Shown here: in pieces, positions 1 to 13,200 of the stretch
How the letters are laid out: every line of letters begins with the position of its first letter
Numbering within the stretch: position 1 is the stretch's first letter
Source of the DNA: Bugula neritina
Taxonomy: Eukaryota > Animalia > Bryozoa
Direction of reading: 5' to 3'
Assembly: GCA_964035545.1 (NCBI GenBank)
Contig: OZ037767.1
Location: 29,094,628-29,158,627, forward strand
Length of the DNA: 64,000 nucleotides
Notes under the pieces: model-generated
Database searches by the model: none
Told to the model about the DNA's origin: nothing
The model's input: the letters and a program-made list of their open reading frames with translations, nothing else
Position numbers and translations under genes: made by a program

Positions 1-2
1 AC

Positions 3-1750
3 CTTTCATGTGATAGTCCATGCATTTTTGAAGGCCACTGACAAATTGGCATCGTTTACCTAAGAGCTTCAGTTGAAAAATGTCAAGCATTTGAATATCT
101 AAAATCCCTGCAACAGCAGAAATATTGAATTCAACAATTGGTAAAATACATGGGAAACATTTATCACTCTTCCTACAATAGCATGAGACTGCAAAGATTG
201 TTGCAAAACAATTTGTACGCTACCTTAAGTCTACTTTATGTATAACATTTCACTACTAAATTGATAAGCATTTTTATATAGTTTCCATGTATGATTCTAA
301 ATATATATTGTGAAATAAGTATATGCATGTTAGATATTATCTTTTAATTTAATATCATAAATAACAACCGTAGAAAAGAAATAATAAAATTTAACATAAT
401 GGTTAGTAGCACAGAATTGAGATAGCTTGCTTCACAGACAGAAAATCTTTGTTTAAACATAGTCCACACAGAGCAGTTACACTGTACAGCTGAGTAAGCC
501 CATCAAATGTTCTACATTTTTAGAACTTTCATACCATATTCACTTTCAAAATTCTTTAGCTAAAACTTGTAGCATTTCTTACGATATGGAGGCTCAGGAA
601 TCTAATAACCTTTAGCTAGATCTACACATAATTCAACATTTCCTATAAATTAATATTGCAGTGTGATATTACTGCTTATTGTAGCGGCTTTTTTTCATGT
701 AAATTCTTTATCTTGGTTAGCTTACATATTTTTAATCATGAAACATGGGTGCATAAATATATAACTATATATATACATTAATGTACTGAAATGCTATAGA
801 TATTTCCTTTGCAATAACGTATTTATCAGTTACTGATATGTAGACGCCCTAACTAACTGGTAACTTATGAGATATTGAAATACTCAAGTATCAATAACAA
901 GTAGTTCTAGTTGACATGACCCTTCCTTTACCTTGAACTTTGACATCATATTGATGCTGCAGCATGTTGCAATCTTCTCGACAATCAAAGAAAAGTTTAG
1001 TTATTCTAGCATCTTCCAGCACATTTCTAAAGCCTAAAACCACCACACCATCATGATAACAATTTCTTGTCTTGTATTAATGTATTATGTTACAATCATA
1101 TATTTTGTTCTCAGCAGTTATTTGTGTAGTGTTGGGATTACCCAGTAGTCCCTGCGGTGTAATGGTAGAGCGCCTAACTCGAATCTCAGAGTGGGCAAAA
1201 GTCTTATAATTTATAAATCGAAGATAGCATAATGTCAAAAATATATTCTTATATTCTAAAAATTGAAAGCTGCAAACATACCAAATACAAGATATTTACT
1301 GTGAATGCGAGATTTTTCTGGTTATTCACTTCATTATAAAATTTAATATACATTCCGTTATACTTTGAAAAAGTGACTACAAGATGGAATCTGGCTGAGC
1401 GTTTACGAACAACCCGGACTTAAGAATTTCAGGATACAAAGCTGCAAGTCTTATAATATAGTATTGATACATCCAGAACTTTGGTAACAAAGCTTACCTT
1501 GATCGAATATCTTTCTCCCCAAGACCACCACATCAAAGAGATACACCTTCTGTGTAGTTGCTACTTGAACCAGACACAACTCTCCAAATCTCCCCAGCTC
1601 CACACCTTCACAGTCCACACTCAGCTGAGTTTCTTCTCTCAGGAGTTGTATAACATCTGGTAGCTGATGTTCCTGGTCAATCAGTTCTATGGGAATGCTA
1701 CTGCTGCTTGACTGTAGCATAGATAACACAGCTGAACTTTTGGCAGCCAT
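3..1750 (-). CDS. EXD1/Egalitarian-like DEDDy 3'-5' exonuclease, array copy 1 (exons 1-3; continues beyond window start)
   Basis: Exons 1750-1498, 1033-932 and 107-3 with GT-AG sites, all phase 1. Translation ...LSVDCEGVELGRFGELCLVQVAT..VYLFD...GFRNVLEDARITKLFFDCREDC...GILDIQ matches the Egl-like exonuclease ExoI (DxE) and ExoII motifs. Confidence 0.85.
1148..1191 (+). repeat. tRNA-like 5' fragment (probable SINE head remnant)
   Basis: GTCCCTGCGGTGTAATGGTAGAGCG has a Pol III A-box/D-arm-like sequence but no T-arm or acceptor 3' half. Present only in the copy-1 intron. Confidence 0.3.
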
Positions 1751-4551
1751 TACAATGAATGTTAGGTGTATCTTAGTCTTCGAACAGTTACAGAATGCTG
1801 CCAGAATTGAAGTGAACTTAGATTAGCTTTAGCATTAGATGCATGACCAATAAACTAAAATTAATGATAGCTATATAGTTACAGCTATAGCCATACTGTA
1901 GCCTTCAATTTCTTGAAAGAGTATTTGCTCTCAGTTGGGAAGGCAGCTTTGATCACACTGAAGCCACGATTCTTGAAAAAACTAAACAAGAAAGTTTCTC
2001 GATAAATGGAATTTCCCAAAAGGGGATTTAGCCAACATTACTCACAGTGGAAAATTGCAATGAAAAACACTTTTTTATAGGCTTACTGATAATAAATGGC
2101 CACATAGCCAATAAGAGTTAATAGAAGTACCAGTATGTTTACTTCAAGTTCAAGTTTTAGTATGGGTATCATGTGAAGTTAAATTCCGTCTCTATTCTGT
2201 TATGTCTCTATTCTGTTATGTCATTTTTCTGACAAGTATTTTCATAACAGTAATAATAACCATTTGCTGTGAGGTGTTGTTTTTGCTTTAGTTAAATGTC
2301 TATTTCTGATTACTCTATTTGAATAGTAGAGAACATACTTTCATACTAGAACAAATAATTCTCTTTTTTTCTAGTCTATTTTTGGCTGTGTGACAATTTC
2401 CTATTGATGTTTTTGCTCCAAGAAGATTCTCCACCTTTCTATTGCTGTAAGCAACACAAGATAGAATGTTTATATATATATATATAGCTGTAAGCATCAC
2501 AAGATATTTATATACTTTTTGTCAATGAAGTTATGATGTAAATCCCCAAACAAATTATTTGTTACAGTAATTGGATGAGATTTTTAAACCAAACCAAAAT
2601 TCAGTAACACGAGTAGATGATCTTAGAAATATAATGCATCTATAATCTAGATGATCTACTTGTGTACAAAGTGCCTTTGGCACCGAACAAACTAATGATG
2701 ATGTAATAGATCACTGGGTATTACGCAACAGCCTAGTCTTGGAGAATAAAGTACTTGGGAAATTCTAACCTGGGATTATTGGCAGCAAGATAACCTAGCA
2801 GCCAAATTCCTATTTTTTTCATAGCTTTTATGGTACAACAATCATGTGTTTAGCATTCATTTGTTAGTATGCCGTTGATTTTAATATAAACATTGCGACT
2901 GAAAAACATGAAAATGATCCTCAATCAATCATGATAAGATTTTTTGTTTACAACTTCTTTGAGTTATCTTTTGAGTTTTAAGTGCTATTTCCATTTAGGT
3001 GCACTGAAGGAAAAGTTTTAAAAGCCACTAAACTCTTTATAATAGCTGTTTAATAAATTTTGGTTTGGGGTGTGAGTTGAAATTCTTGTAAGAACTTAAC
3101 TTATTTTGCTACATTTCTCATTTCAAACACATGCTTCTCTCAATTTCTCAGTTGCTGCACCAACCTTGCCACAGCAGAGGTTATTTCCAGCTAACACTCT
3201 TTCTATCAAAAACACACAATTAAAGACTGTTAGAGTAATATCAGTAAATAATATGTGGAGTGTAGGTGGTGAGTTCACTGTGGTGTAAACTGAGATTAAA
3301 ATTAGCTATAGTGTCTATAATAATATGCTATGCTAGCCTGTCTATATAGGATGTCACTTAATTTTTTATTCTTTCCCCAATGTTATAACGTATACATGGT
3401 TATGTAAACACATACATACAACTACAAACACATGCATACAACTAAAAACACATACAATCCGGTATAGTTATACTACAGCTTGCTTTAACATAATAATATA
3501 TCCAGTATAGTTAAAGTGAGGGGGTCAGAAGTCCTACCCAAACATCCCCACTGAATTTTTGAGGTACTCGGCCACCATAATTTCCCCATCTCATTCACAA
3601 GCCCATGTGAAATTACTGATTAAATGGTTAATGGTTGGACATAAAATGTTAAAACTAAAATAGTTTTTAATAGTCATGTTCATTATTTACCTTAATAGCT
3701 TCAAAAGTAAACAGTTTTATTTGTAGGAATGTAAAGCCTAATACGAATTAGGCCTACATTAAATAAGATGAAGCGTGTATCAATAAGTGATTTTCTTTGT
3801 GCAAATCTCAAAGCTAACCTGATTTATTTGTGTACGTGTAGATGAAACAATATATTTTATAATTATGCTAATGCTGTAATATATTTTCAAAGTTGAAATT
3901 TCATCCAATATTTTCTTTTCTAGTTTATTTTGTTTCAAACATAATGACAAGTTTAAAAAATTGTTGATTGTGAAAGAAGAAGTTTCATTGTTTCTCCTGG
4001 CATTAGACTTATATAGGAACATTGAGGCCCCATGACATATTATAGGCACTAAACTTAGTAATAAATTATTTTGTGCCTGCACCCCATTTTCTTCAGACCT
4101 TGTCCACTAAAAACATCATAAGCCTACTCTGACAAAAAGAATTATTCACTAATTTTTATTTCCACAAGCCTTACCCTAGTTTTTTTGTTGCTAATAACCA
4201 TAATTTTAGCCTTAGCTCAAGTTTTAGTAACCAGAACTCATGTTTTACTTTTGTTATTCATTTAGAGATTACCTCTATACATTATTAATTATAGACGGAA
4301 TAGTTTTCGATTTGCATATCTCATTGTGAGATTTAGTTTACACACTTTTATCTTTCATCCTAACCAATGATCAGGTACCATGTCTACTAGGAGAGGATTA
4401 AGTTCTCCAGTTACAACTAATGTATAGTTCTCTTTATATGATAACTTCTGGAATTACTCCCTCTGGTAGATGTGCAGGTAAGAAATGTCAATAATCTAAA
4501 TCTTTCACAGAGTGACAGTTTCAACATAGCTTGACTGTTGAATTAACAAGA

Positions 4552-7500
4552 TTAAAAACCATCATCAAATCTAGCACGCCTTGTTGAGAGATGGGTTGGA
4601 TATGCTGTTTTAAACGCCTCTGGATGATCAATGAGGTAACATCTGTGACACTGTCCACCATGAGGGGTCTCAGTTCTCCAGTTGCAACTGATGCACAACT
4701 CCCCTGTGAATGGAAACCTCTCAATATTCCAAAAATATTGTCTATTGGTGACTTCTGGAATTATCTTCTCTGGCAGACGTGCATTACGGATGTATAGGCT
4801 ATCTTTCTTGTATCGACCTAAACAAAGTTGACAATATCAAAATCATAATATCCACACCTTTTGTCAGAGTATCTTTTATAGGTTTATCATAGCATAGCAA
4901 GTTTAAAAATAAAGAAATTGTATCACTTAAGTGTTTAGTAGCAAATTTACAACAAATCTGTGGCTAAAACTTCTCCTTTTTACATACTGTTTCGGCTTTT
5001 AGTGTACTGAATGTGTTGTAAGACTCCCGGGTAACCCCTATAGTCTATAGGATATAGTGTAATGGTTGGTAAGTCTGAGTTTATATTACAAGTTATTTCG
5101 GCCTGTAGTGTATAGTGTCTAGTATAGCATAGTGTAGTGCAGTGCAGTACAGTTCGGTGCAGTTAGGATCAGTGCAGATCAGCGCAGTTCGGTGCAGTGT
5201 AGCATAGTGTAACTTAGTGGAAGGTTTTTTTTAGATATTTCCTTTTACTGTAAATAGAGCTGATTTACTTAGCCACAGTTTATAACTATACATAAAATTA
5301 CTTACTATTTTCTCTCATGAAGTCAGCATATCTTTTAGAGGAATACTTAATTAGCTCAGTTAAAGTGACAGCAGGCATTCGTGAGCCTATTTTTGTATAC
5401 AGAACATTCTTCAGTCTTGCCATATAGTACACATCTATAAGAGATTAAAAGCAATAGTCAATAATAAAATGAAAACTCACAGGGCACTGCAAAAAACTGG
5501 CTTTATGTATAAAAGAAGAGAGCTAGTGAGCAGAATATAAATTACCAGTTGCAGCATACAGCATGTATTCCTCTTTCAGTGGTCGTTTCTTCCAAAGCTC
5601 TTTGTCTGAACCAAATGCTTTGTGCATAAATTCCTTAGCAGCACTGGAGAAGCCACAACCTAAATTATACCAGGAAAAACCTATTTAGTTCGATATTGTA
5701 CTAACATAAGCTACACTACACTAAACAACACTAAAATAAACTACCCCTACTCTAAATTAAGTTAATGTTGTTCCAGATAATGTACCACTCCACTACAACA
5801 TCAACTAAACTATAGTAGGCTACACAATATTGCACTACACTGCTTAACACTACACTAAGATGCATTACGTTGCACTTCACTACATTGCACTAAGCTGCAC
5901 TACATTGCACTACACTGCACCAACTAAACTGCACTACCTTGTACTACATTGCACTCCACTAAATTGCACTACAAAACACTAAACTAGGCTCCAAGATATT
6001 TTAGTTACCTTTCATGTGATAGTCCATGCATTTTTGAAGGCCACTGACACATTGCCATTTTTTACCCAAGAGCTTCATTTGAACAGTATTGAGTATTTGA
6101 GTATCCAAGATCCCTGCAACAGTAGAAATATTGAATTGGTAAAATGCATGGGAAACAGTTATCACTGCTCCTACAATAATATGAAATTACAAAAATTGTT
6201 ACAAATCAAGGTGTATAAGCTACCAAGTTTACTTTATGTATAACATTTCACTACTAAATTAATCAGCAATTTTATAAAATTTCTATTTATGACTTTATAC
6301 TTCTAAATATATTTTTGGTTCATGAGGAAATCATGAAATAAGTATATTCTATATTTTTTGGTACTTTAGTATCTTAAATAATATAAATAAAATAATAAAC
6401 TTCAACATAATAGTTGGTAGCGCAGAATTCAGATATTACTTTAGAGCCAGGATACTTTTTCAAACTTTTTTAAATTAAAATTCTGCACAGAGCAGTTACA
6501 CTGTACAGCTGAGTAAGCCCATCAAATGTTCTCCATTTTTAGAACTTTTATACCATATTCACTCTCAAACTTCTTTAACTAAAACTTATGGAGGTTTCTA
6601 TATGCAGTAATCTTGCTCGACATTCGGTTGCTGGATATTTTCTGATTGGCTGATGAGGTAACGTCTCTGATTGGCTTACTAATTAAAACTGCCCGAGATT
6701 ATTTTAATGCCCTTGACTGTCATGGCTTACACGTGCTCTCAAAATCAATCATCATAATGATAAAGTCATTACAACCTCTACAACATCTTACTATAACTCA
6801 ATTGATGTGTCTCTTAAAACAATAAAAAACTTTGAAATCTAAAATAGAACCAAGTATGGTTGCAATGATGTCCACCCTGGGCGTATTCAGCGATATATTA
6901 TATTGTGTACTTTGAGTTGGAGCGCACAGCGACCATCTCAGACATCAACAATAACACGTGCGCCAAACAGCCAATCAAACAATATCCATCAAACTAGATA
7001 CCGAGCCAGATTACTGAATATAGAACCAACCAAAACTTATGGTATTTCTTTCAATATGGAGGCTCTGGAATCTAATAACCTTTAGTTAGATTTACTCATA
7101 ATTAAAAATTTTCTATAAATTAGTATTGCAGTGTAATATTACTGCTTATTGTAGCGGCTTTAACTTTATGTAAACTCTTAGCTTGGTTAGGTTAGATATT
7201 TTTAATCGTGATATGTAAGTGCATAAGTAACTACACGTACATTGATCTACTGAAATGTTTCTTTTTCTCTGTGGTAACGTATTTATAAGTTACTGATATG
7301 TAGACGCCCTAACTTATAGCTGGAAACTGATGAGATGTCTAAAGAAAGATCAACAAGACATCCAGAACTTTGGTAACAAAGCTTACCTTGATCGAATATT
7401 TTCCTCCCCAAGACTACCACATCAAAGAGATACACCTTCTGTGTAGTTGCTACTTGAACCAGACACAACTCTCCAAATCTCCCCAGTTCCACACCTTCGC

Positions 7501-7639
7501 AGTCCACACTTAGCTGAGTTTCGTTTCTCAGAAGTTGTATAACATCTGGTAGCTGATGTTCCTGGTCAATCAGTTCCATGGGAATGCTACTGCTGCTTGA
7601 CTGTAGCATAGATAACACAGCTGAACTTTTGGCAGCCAT
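4552..7639 (-). CDS. EXD1-like exonuclease, array copy 2; exon 2 (ExoII motif) deleted, otherwise open; possibly a pseudogene or pseudonuclease
   Basis: Exons 7639-7387, 6113-6009, 5659-5546, 5434-5306 and zinc-finger exon 4817-4552. The 102-nt exon present in the other copies is absent, with the deletion junction near 7357. Exon 1 to exon 3 splicing keeps the frame. Confidence 0.75.
6590..7031. mobile_element. Non-autonomous TIR element (Mutator-like MITE)
   Basis: Imperfect TIRs of about 60 bp (..TTCTATATGCAGTAATCTTGCTCG.. / ..CGAGCCAGATTACTGAATATAGAA..). GG...CC termini. 9-bp direct repeat AAAACTTAT at 6581-6589 and 7032-7040. Absent from the paralogous introns. Confidence 0.75.
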
Positions 7640-8097
7640 TACAATGAATGCTGGGAGTATCTTAGTCTTTGAACAGTTACAGAATGCTGCCAGAATTGAA
7701 GTGAACTTGGATTAGCTTTAGCATTAGATGCATGACCAATAAACTAAAATTAATTATAGCTATAGTTACAGCTATAGCCTTCAGTTCCTTGAAAGAGTAT
7801 ATTTGCTCTCAGTTGGGAAGGCAGCTTTGGTCACACTGAAGCAATGATTTTCAGTAAAACTAAGCAAGAAAGTTTTTTGGCAAATGGATTTTCCCAGAAG
7901 GGGTTTTAGCCAACATTACTCACAGTAGAAAATTGCAATAAAAATATTTTATATATAGGCTTACTGTTAAATTGCCACATTGTAGTAACTTGTGGGTTAT
8001 TGAATGAAATCAGGCAGAGAACATAACTCCTTGTAAGAGAAGAGATAAGAGAGTGTAGAGTAGTGTGTGCTGTAAGTCTTTATTGGTATAGTTGATT

Positions 8098-8284
<187 letters not shown>

Positions 8285-10254
8285 GGCTGTAAGCAATACA
8301 AGATATTTATATACTTTTTGTTTATTAAATTATGATGTAAATCTCCAAACAAATTATTTGTTACAGTAATTGGATGAGATTTTTTAACCAATCCATTATT
8401 CAGTAACACAAGTAGAAGATCTTAGAAATATAATGCATCTATGTAGTTTGGGAGTAAAGTACTTGGGAAATTCTAACCTGGGATTATTGGCAGTGAGATA
8501 ACCAAGCAGCTGAATTCCTATCTTCTTCGTATAGCTTTTATGGTACAACAATCACTATAATATGTGTTTAACATTCATTTGTTAGTCTGCTGTTGATTTC
8601 AATATAACATGAAAATGATCCTCAATCAATCATGATAAGGTTTTGTGTTTATAACTTCTTTGAGTTATCTTTTGAGTTTTAAGTGCTATTTCCATTTAGG
8701 TGCAGTGAAGGAAAATTTTTAAAAGCCACTAAACTCTTTATAATAGCTGTTTAATGAATTTTGGTTTGGAGCGCATAGGTTGAAATTCTTGTAAGAACTT
8801 AACTTATTTTGCTACATTTCTCATTTCAAACACATGCTTCTCTCAATTTCTCAGTTGCTGCACCAACCTTGCTACGTCAGAGGTTATTTCCAGCTAACTC
8901 TCTTTCTATCAAAAACACACAATTAAAGACTGTTAGAGTAATATCAGTAAATAATATGTGGAGTGTAGGTGGTGAGTTCACAGTGATGTAAACTGAGATT
9001 AATATTAGCTATAGTGTCTATAATAATATTACTATGCTAGCCTGTCTATATAGGATGTCACTTAATTTTTTATTCTTTCCCCAATGTTATAATACGTGGT
9101 TATGTAAACACATACATACAACTACAAACACATACAATCTGGTAAAATTATACTACAGCTTGCTTTAACATAATAATATATCCAGTATAGTTAAAGTGAG
9201 GGCGTCAGAAGACCTACCCAAACACCCCCACTGAATTTTTGGGGTACCCGGTCATCATAATTTCCCCATCTCATTCACAAGCCCATGTGAAATTACTGAT
9301 TAAATGGTTAATGGTTGGACATGAAATGTTAAAAGGAAAATAGTTTTTAATAGTCATTTTGATCATTATTTACCTAAATAGCTTCAAAAGTAAACAGTTT
9401 TATTTGTAGAAATGTAAAGCCTAATAAGAATTAGGCCTACATTAAGTAAGATAAAGTCTATATCAATAAGAGATTTTCTTTGTGCAAATCTCAAAGCTAA
9501 CCTGATTTATTTGTGCATGTGTAGATGAAACAATATATTTTATAATTATGCTAATGCTGTAATATATTTTCAAAGTTGAAACTTCATCCAATATTTTTTT
9601 CTAGTTTATTTTGTTTCAAATATAGTAACGAGTTTAAAAAAAGTTGGTTGTGAGAGAAGATGTTTTACTGTTTCCCTGGCATTAGACTTATATAGGAACA
9701 TTGAGGCCCCATGACATCTTATAGGCACTAAACTTAGTAATAAAATATTTTGTACCTGCACCCAAATTTTCTTCAGACCTTGTCCACTAAAAACATCATA
9801 AGCCTACTCTGACAAAAAGAATTATTTACCAATTTTCATTTCCACAAGCCTTACCCTAGTTTTTTTGTTGCTAATAACCATAATTTTAGCCTTAGCTCAA
9901 GTTTTAGTAACCAGAACTCATGAACGCTAATATGTTTTACTTTTGTTATCCATTTAGAGATTACCTCTATACATTATTAATTATAGACAGTACAGTCTTT
10001 GCTCTGCATATCTCATTGTGAGATATAGTTAACACACTTTTATCTTTCATCCTAACCAGTGATCAGGAACCATGTCTACTAGAAGATAACTTCTGGAATT
10101 ATTCTCTCTGGTAGACATGGAGTTCAGAAATGTTAATAATCTAAATATTTCACAGAGTGACAGTTTAAACACAGTTTGATTGTTGAATTAGCAGGATTAA
10201 AAATCATCATCAAATCTAGCACGTCTTGTTAAGGGATGGCTTGGATATGCTGTT

Positions 10255-13200
10255 TTAAACACCTCTGGATTCACGATCAATGATGTAACATCTATGGCAC
10301 TGTCCACGATAAGGGATCAAAGCTCTCCAGTTACAACTGATGCATAGCTCTCCTGTTGATGGAAACTTCTCAATATTCCAAATACCTCCCCTCCTGGTGA
10401 CTTCTGGAATTATCCTCTCTGGCACACGTGCATTACGGATGTATAGGCTACCTTTCTTGTATTCATCTAAACAAAGTTGACAATATCAAAATCATAATAT
10501 CCACACCTTCTGTCAGAATATCTCTAGGTTTACTATAGTATGGAAAATTTAAAAGTAAAGAAATTGTATTACTTAAGTGTTTAGTAGCAAATTTAAAACA
10601 AATCTGTGGCCAAAACACCTCATTTTTACATACTGTTTCAGCTTTTAGTGTAGTGAATGTGATGTAAGACTTCCGAATAACCCCTATACTCTATAGGACA
10701 TAGTGTAATGGTTGGTAAGTCTGAGTTTATATTACAAGATATTTCAGCTTGTAGTGTATAGTGTCTAGTATAGCACAGTGTAGTGCAGTGCAGTGCAGTG
10801 CAGTGCAGTGCAGTGCAGTGCAGTGCAGTGCAGTGCAGTGCAGTGCAGTGCAGTGCAGTGCAGTGCAGTGCAGTGCAGTGCAGTGCAGTGCAGTGCAGTG
10901 CAGTGCAGTGCAGTGCAGTGCAGTGCAGTGCAGTGCAGTGCAGTGCAGTGCAGTGCAGTGCAGTGCAGTGCAGTGCAGTGCAGTGCAGTGCAGTGCAGTG
11001 TAGCGTAGTGTATAGTGTAACTTAGTAGAAGAATTTTTTTTAAATATTTCCTTCTACTGTAGATTGAGCTAATTTACTTAGCTACAGTTGATAACTATAC
11101 ATAACATTACTTACTATTTTCCCTCATAAAGTCAGCATATCTTTCAGAGGAATACTTAACCAGCCCAGTTAAAATGACAGCAGGCATTCGTAAGCATATT
11201 TTTGTATATAAAACGTTCTTCAATCTTGCCATATAGTACACATCTACAAGAGATTAAAAAGAATAGTCAATAATAAAATTAGAAATCAAAAGGCACTGCA
11301 AAAAAATCTGGCTAGATGTATAAAAGAAGATAGCTAATATAATTTACCTTTTGCAGCATACAGCATGTAATCTTCTTTCAGTGGTCTCTTCTTCCAAAGC
11401 TCCTTGTCTGAACCAAATGCTTTGTGCATAAATTCCTTAGCAGCACCAGAGAAGCCACAACCTAAATCATACCAGGAAATAATCACCTGCATTAATTTGT
11501 TTAGCTGAATATTGTACTGACCTAAACTCTAAGCTACACCATGCACACTGCAGTAAACTATACACTCCACTACATTAGTGTATTTCTTGATAATACACTA
11601 CCCCACTACAACATTAACTAAACTACATTACAGTCTATTACATTGTACTACACTGCGTAACACTACACTAAGATGCATTACGTTGCACTCTACTAAATTG
11701 CACTACGCTGCACTACATTGCACTACGCTGCACTACATTGCACTACGCTGCACTACATTGCACTATGCTGCACTACATTGCACTACGTTGCACTACATTG
11801 CACTACGCTGCACTACACAACACTAAACTAAGCTCCAAGATATTTTAGTTACCTTTCATGTGATAGTCCATGCATTTTTGAAGGCCACTGACACATTGCC
11901 ATCGTTTACCTAAGAGCTTCAGTTGAACAGTATTGAGTATTTGAGTATCTAATATCCCTGCAACATTAGAAATATTGAATTGGTAAAATGCTTGGGAAAC
12001 ATTTATCACTCCTCTTAAAATAAGACAAGACTGTAAAGATTGTTGCAAATCAGTTTGTAAGCTACCAAGTCTACTTTACGCATATTATAACATTTCACTA
12101 CTAAATTAATCAGCAATTTCTTACAATTTCTATTTATGACTTTATACTTCTAAATATATTTTTGGTTCATGAGGAAATCATGAAATAAGTATATTCTATA
12201 TTTTTTGGTACTTTAGTATCTTAAATAATATAAATAAAATAATAAACTTCAACATAATAGTTGGTAGCGCAGAATTCAGATATTACTTTAGAGCCAGGAT
12301 ATTTTTTCAAACTTTTTCTAAATTAAAATTCTGCACAGAGCAGTTACACTGTACAGCTGAGTAAGCTCATCAAATGTTTTACATTTTTAGAGCTTTCATA
12401 CCATATTCACTCTAAAACCTATTTATATAACTAAAGCTTTCGGTATTTCTCTGAATGTGGAGGCTCTGATATAAGTCTAATAATCTTTAGCTAGATCTAC
12501 ATGTAATTTCAACATTATAGCTTATAAAAATATTACATTGCGATAACACGCGTCTTGTAACAGGTTTTATTTTAGACAAAATCTTTAGCTTTGGTTACAT
12601 ATTTTTAATCATGAAATATAGGTGCATAAATATATAATTATATACATTAATGTATTGAAATGCTATCTTTTCTTGGCTATAATAACGTATTTATCAGTTA
12701 CTGATATGTAGATGCCCTAACTAGCTGGTAACTTATTGGATGTTGGGATACTTGAGTATCAAGCAGTTCTAGTTGACATGACCCTTCCTTTACCTTGAAC
12801 TTTGACATCATAGTGATGCTGCAGTATGTTGCAATCTTCTCGGCAATCAAAGAAAAGCTTAGTAATGCTAGCATCTTCTAGCACATTTCTTAAGCCTGAA
12901 ACCACCGCAAGTTATGTATTATAGCAATTTGTTGTCTCGTTATAATATACACTACATTTAATAATTTAGTGTTTATTAATTTATTAATTTGTTCTGTTTA
13001 GCTATTTATTGTGCCAGGATAGCATAATTTCAAAAGTATGTTCTAGTCTGAGAATTGAAAGCTGCAAACATACCAAATACAAGATATTTACTGTGGGTGT
13101 GAGTTTATTCTGGCAGCTTATGTGTAGATTTGAATAATTATATACATTATACTTTGAAAGAGTGACTACAAGATGGAATCTGGCTGAGGGTTTACGAACA

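Noticed and set aside
1148-1191. Functional tRNA gene
   Set aside because: No T-arm/B-box or 3' acceptor stem.
3106-3288. MLHFSFQ... ORF repeated at 8809-8991
   Set aside because: Non-ATG start, spans the duplication boundary, and is repeated only because the unit is duplicated.
4521-4724. MRGFH... ORFs (also 15382-15594)
   Set aside because: Alternative frame of the finger exon; the splice-phase-compatible frame carries the conserved cysteines.
10761-11025. (QCSAV)n ORFs
   Set aside because: Translation of the CAGTG satellite in all three frames.
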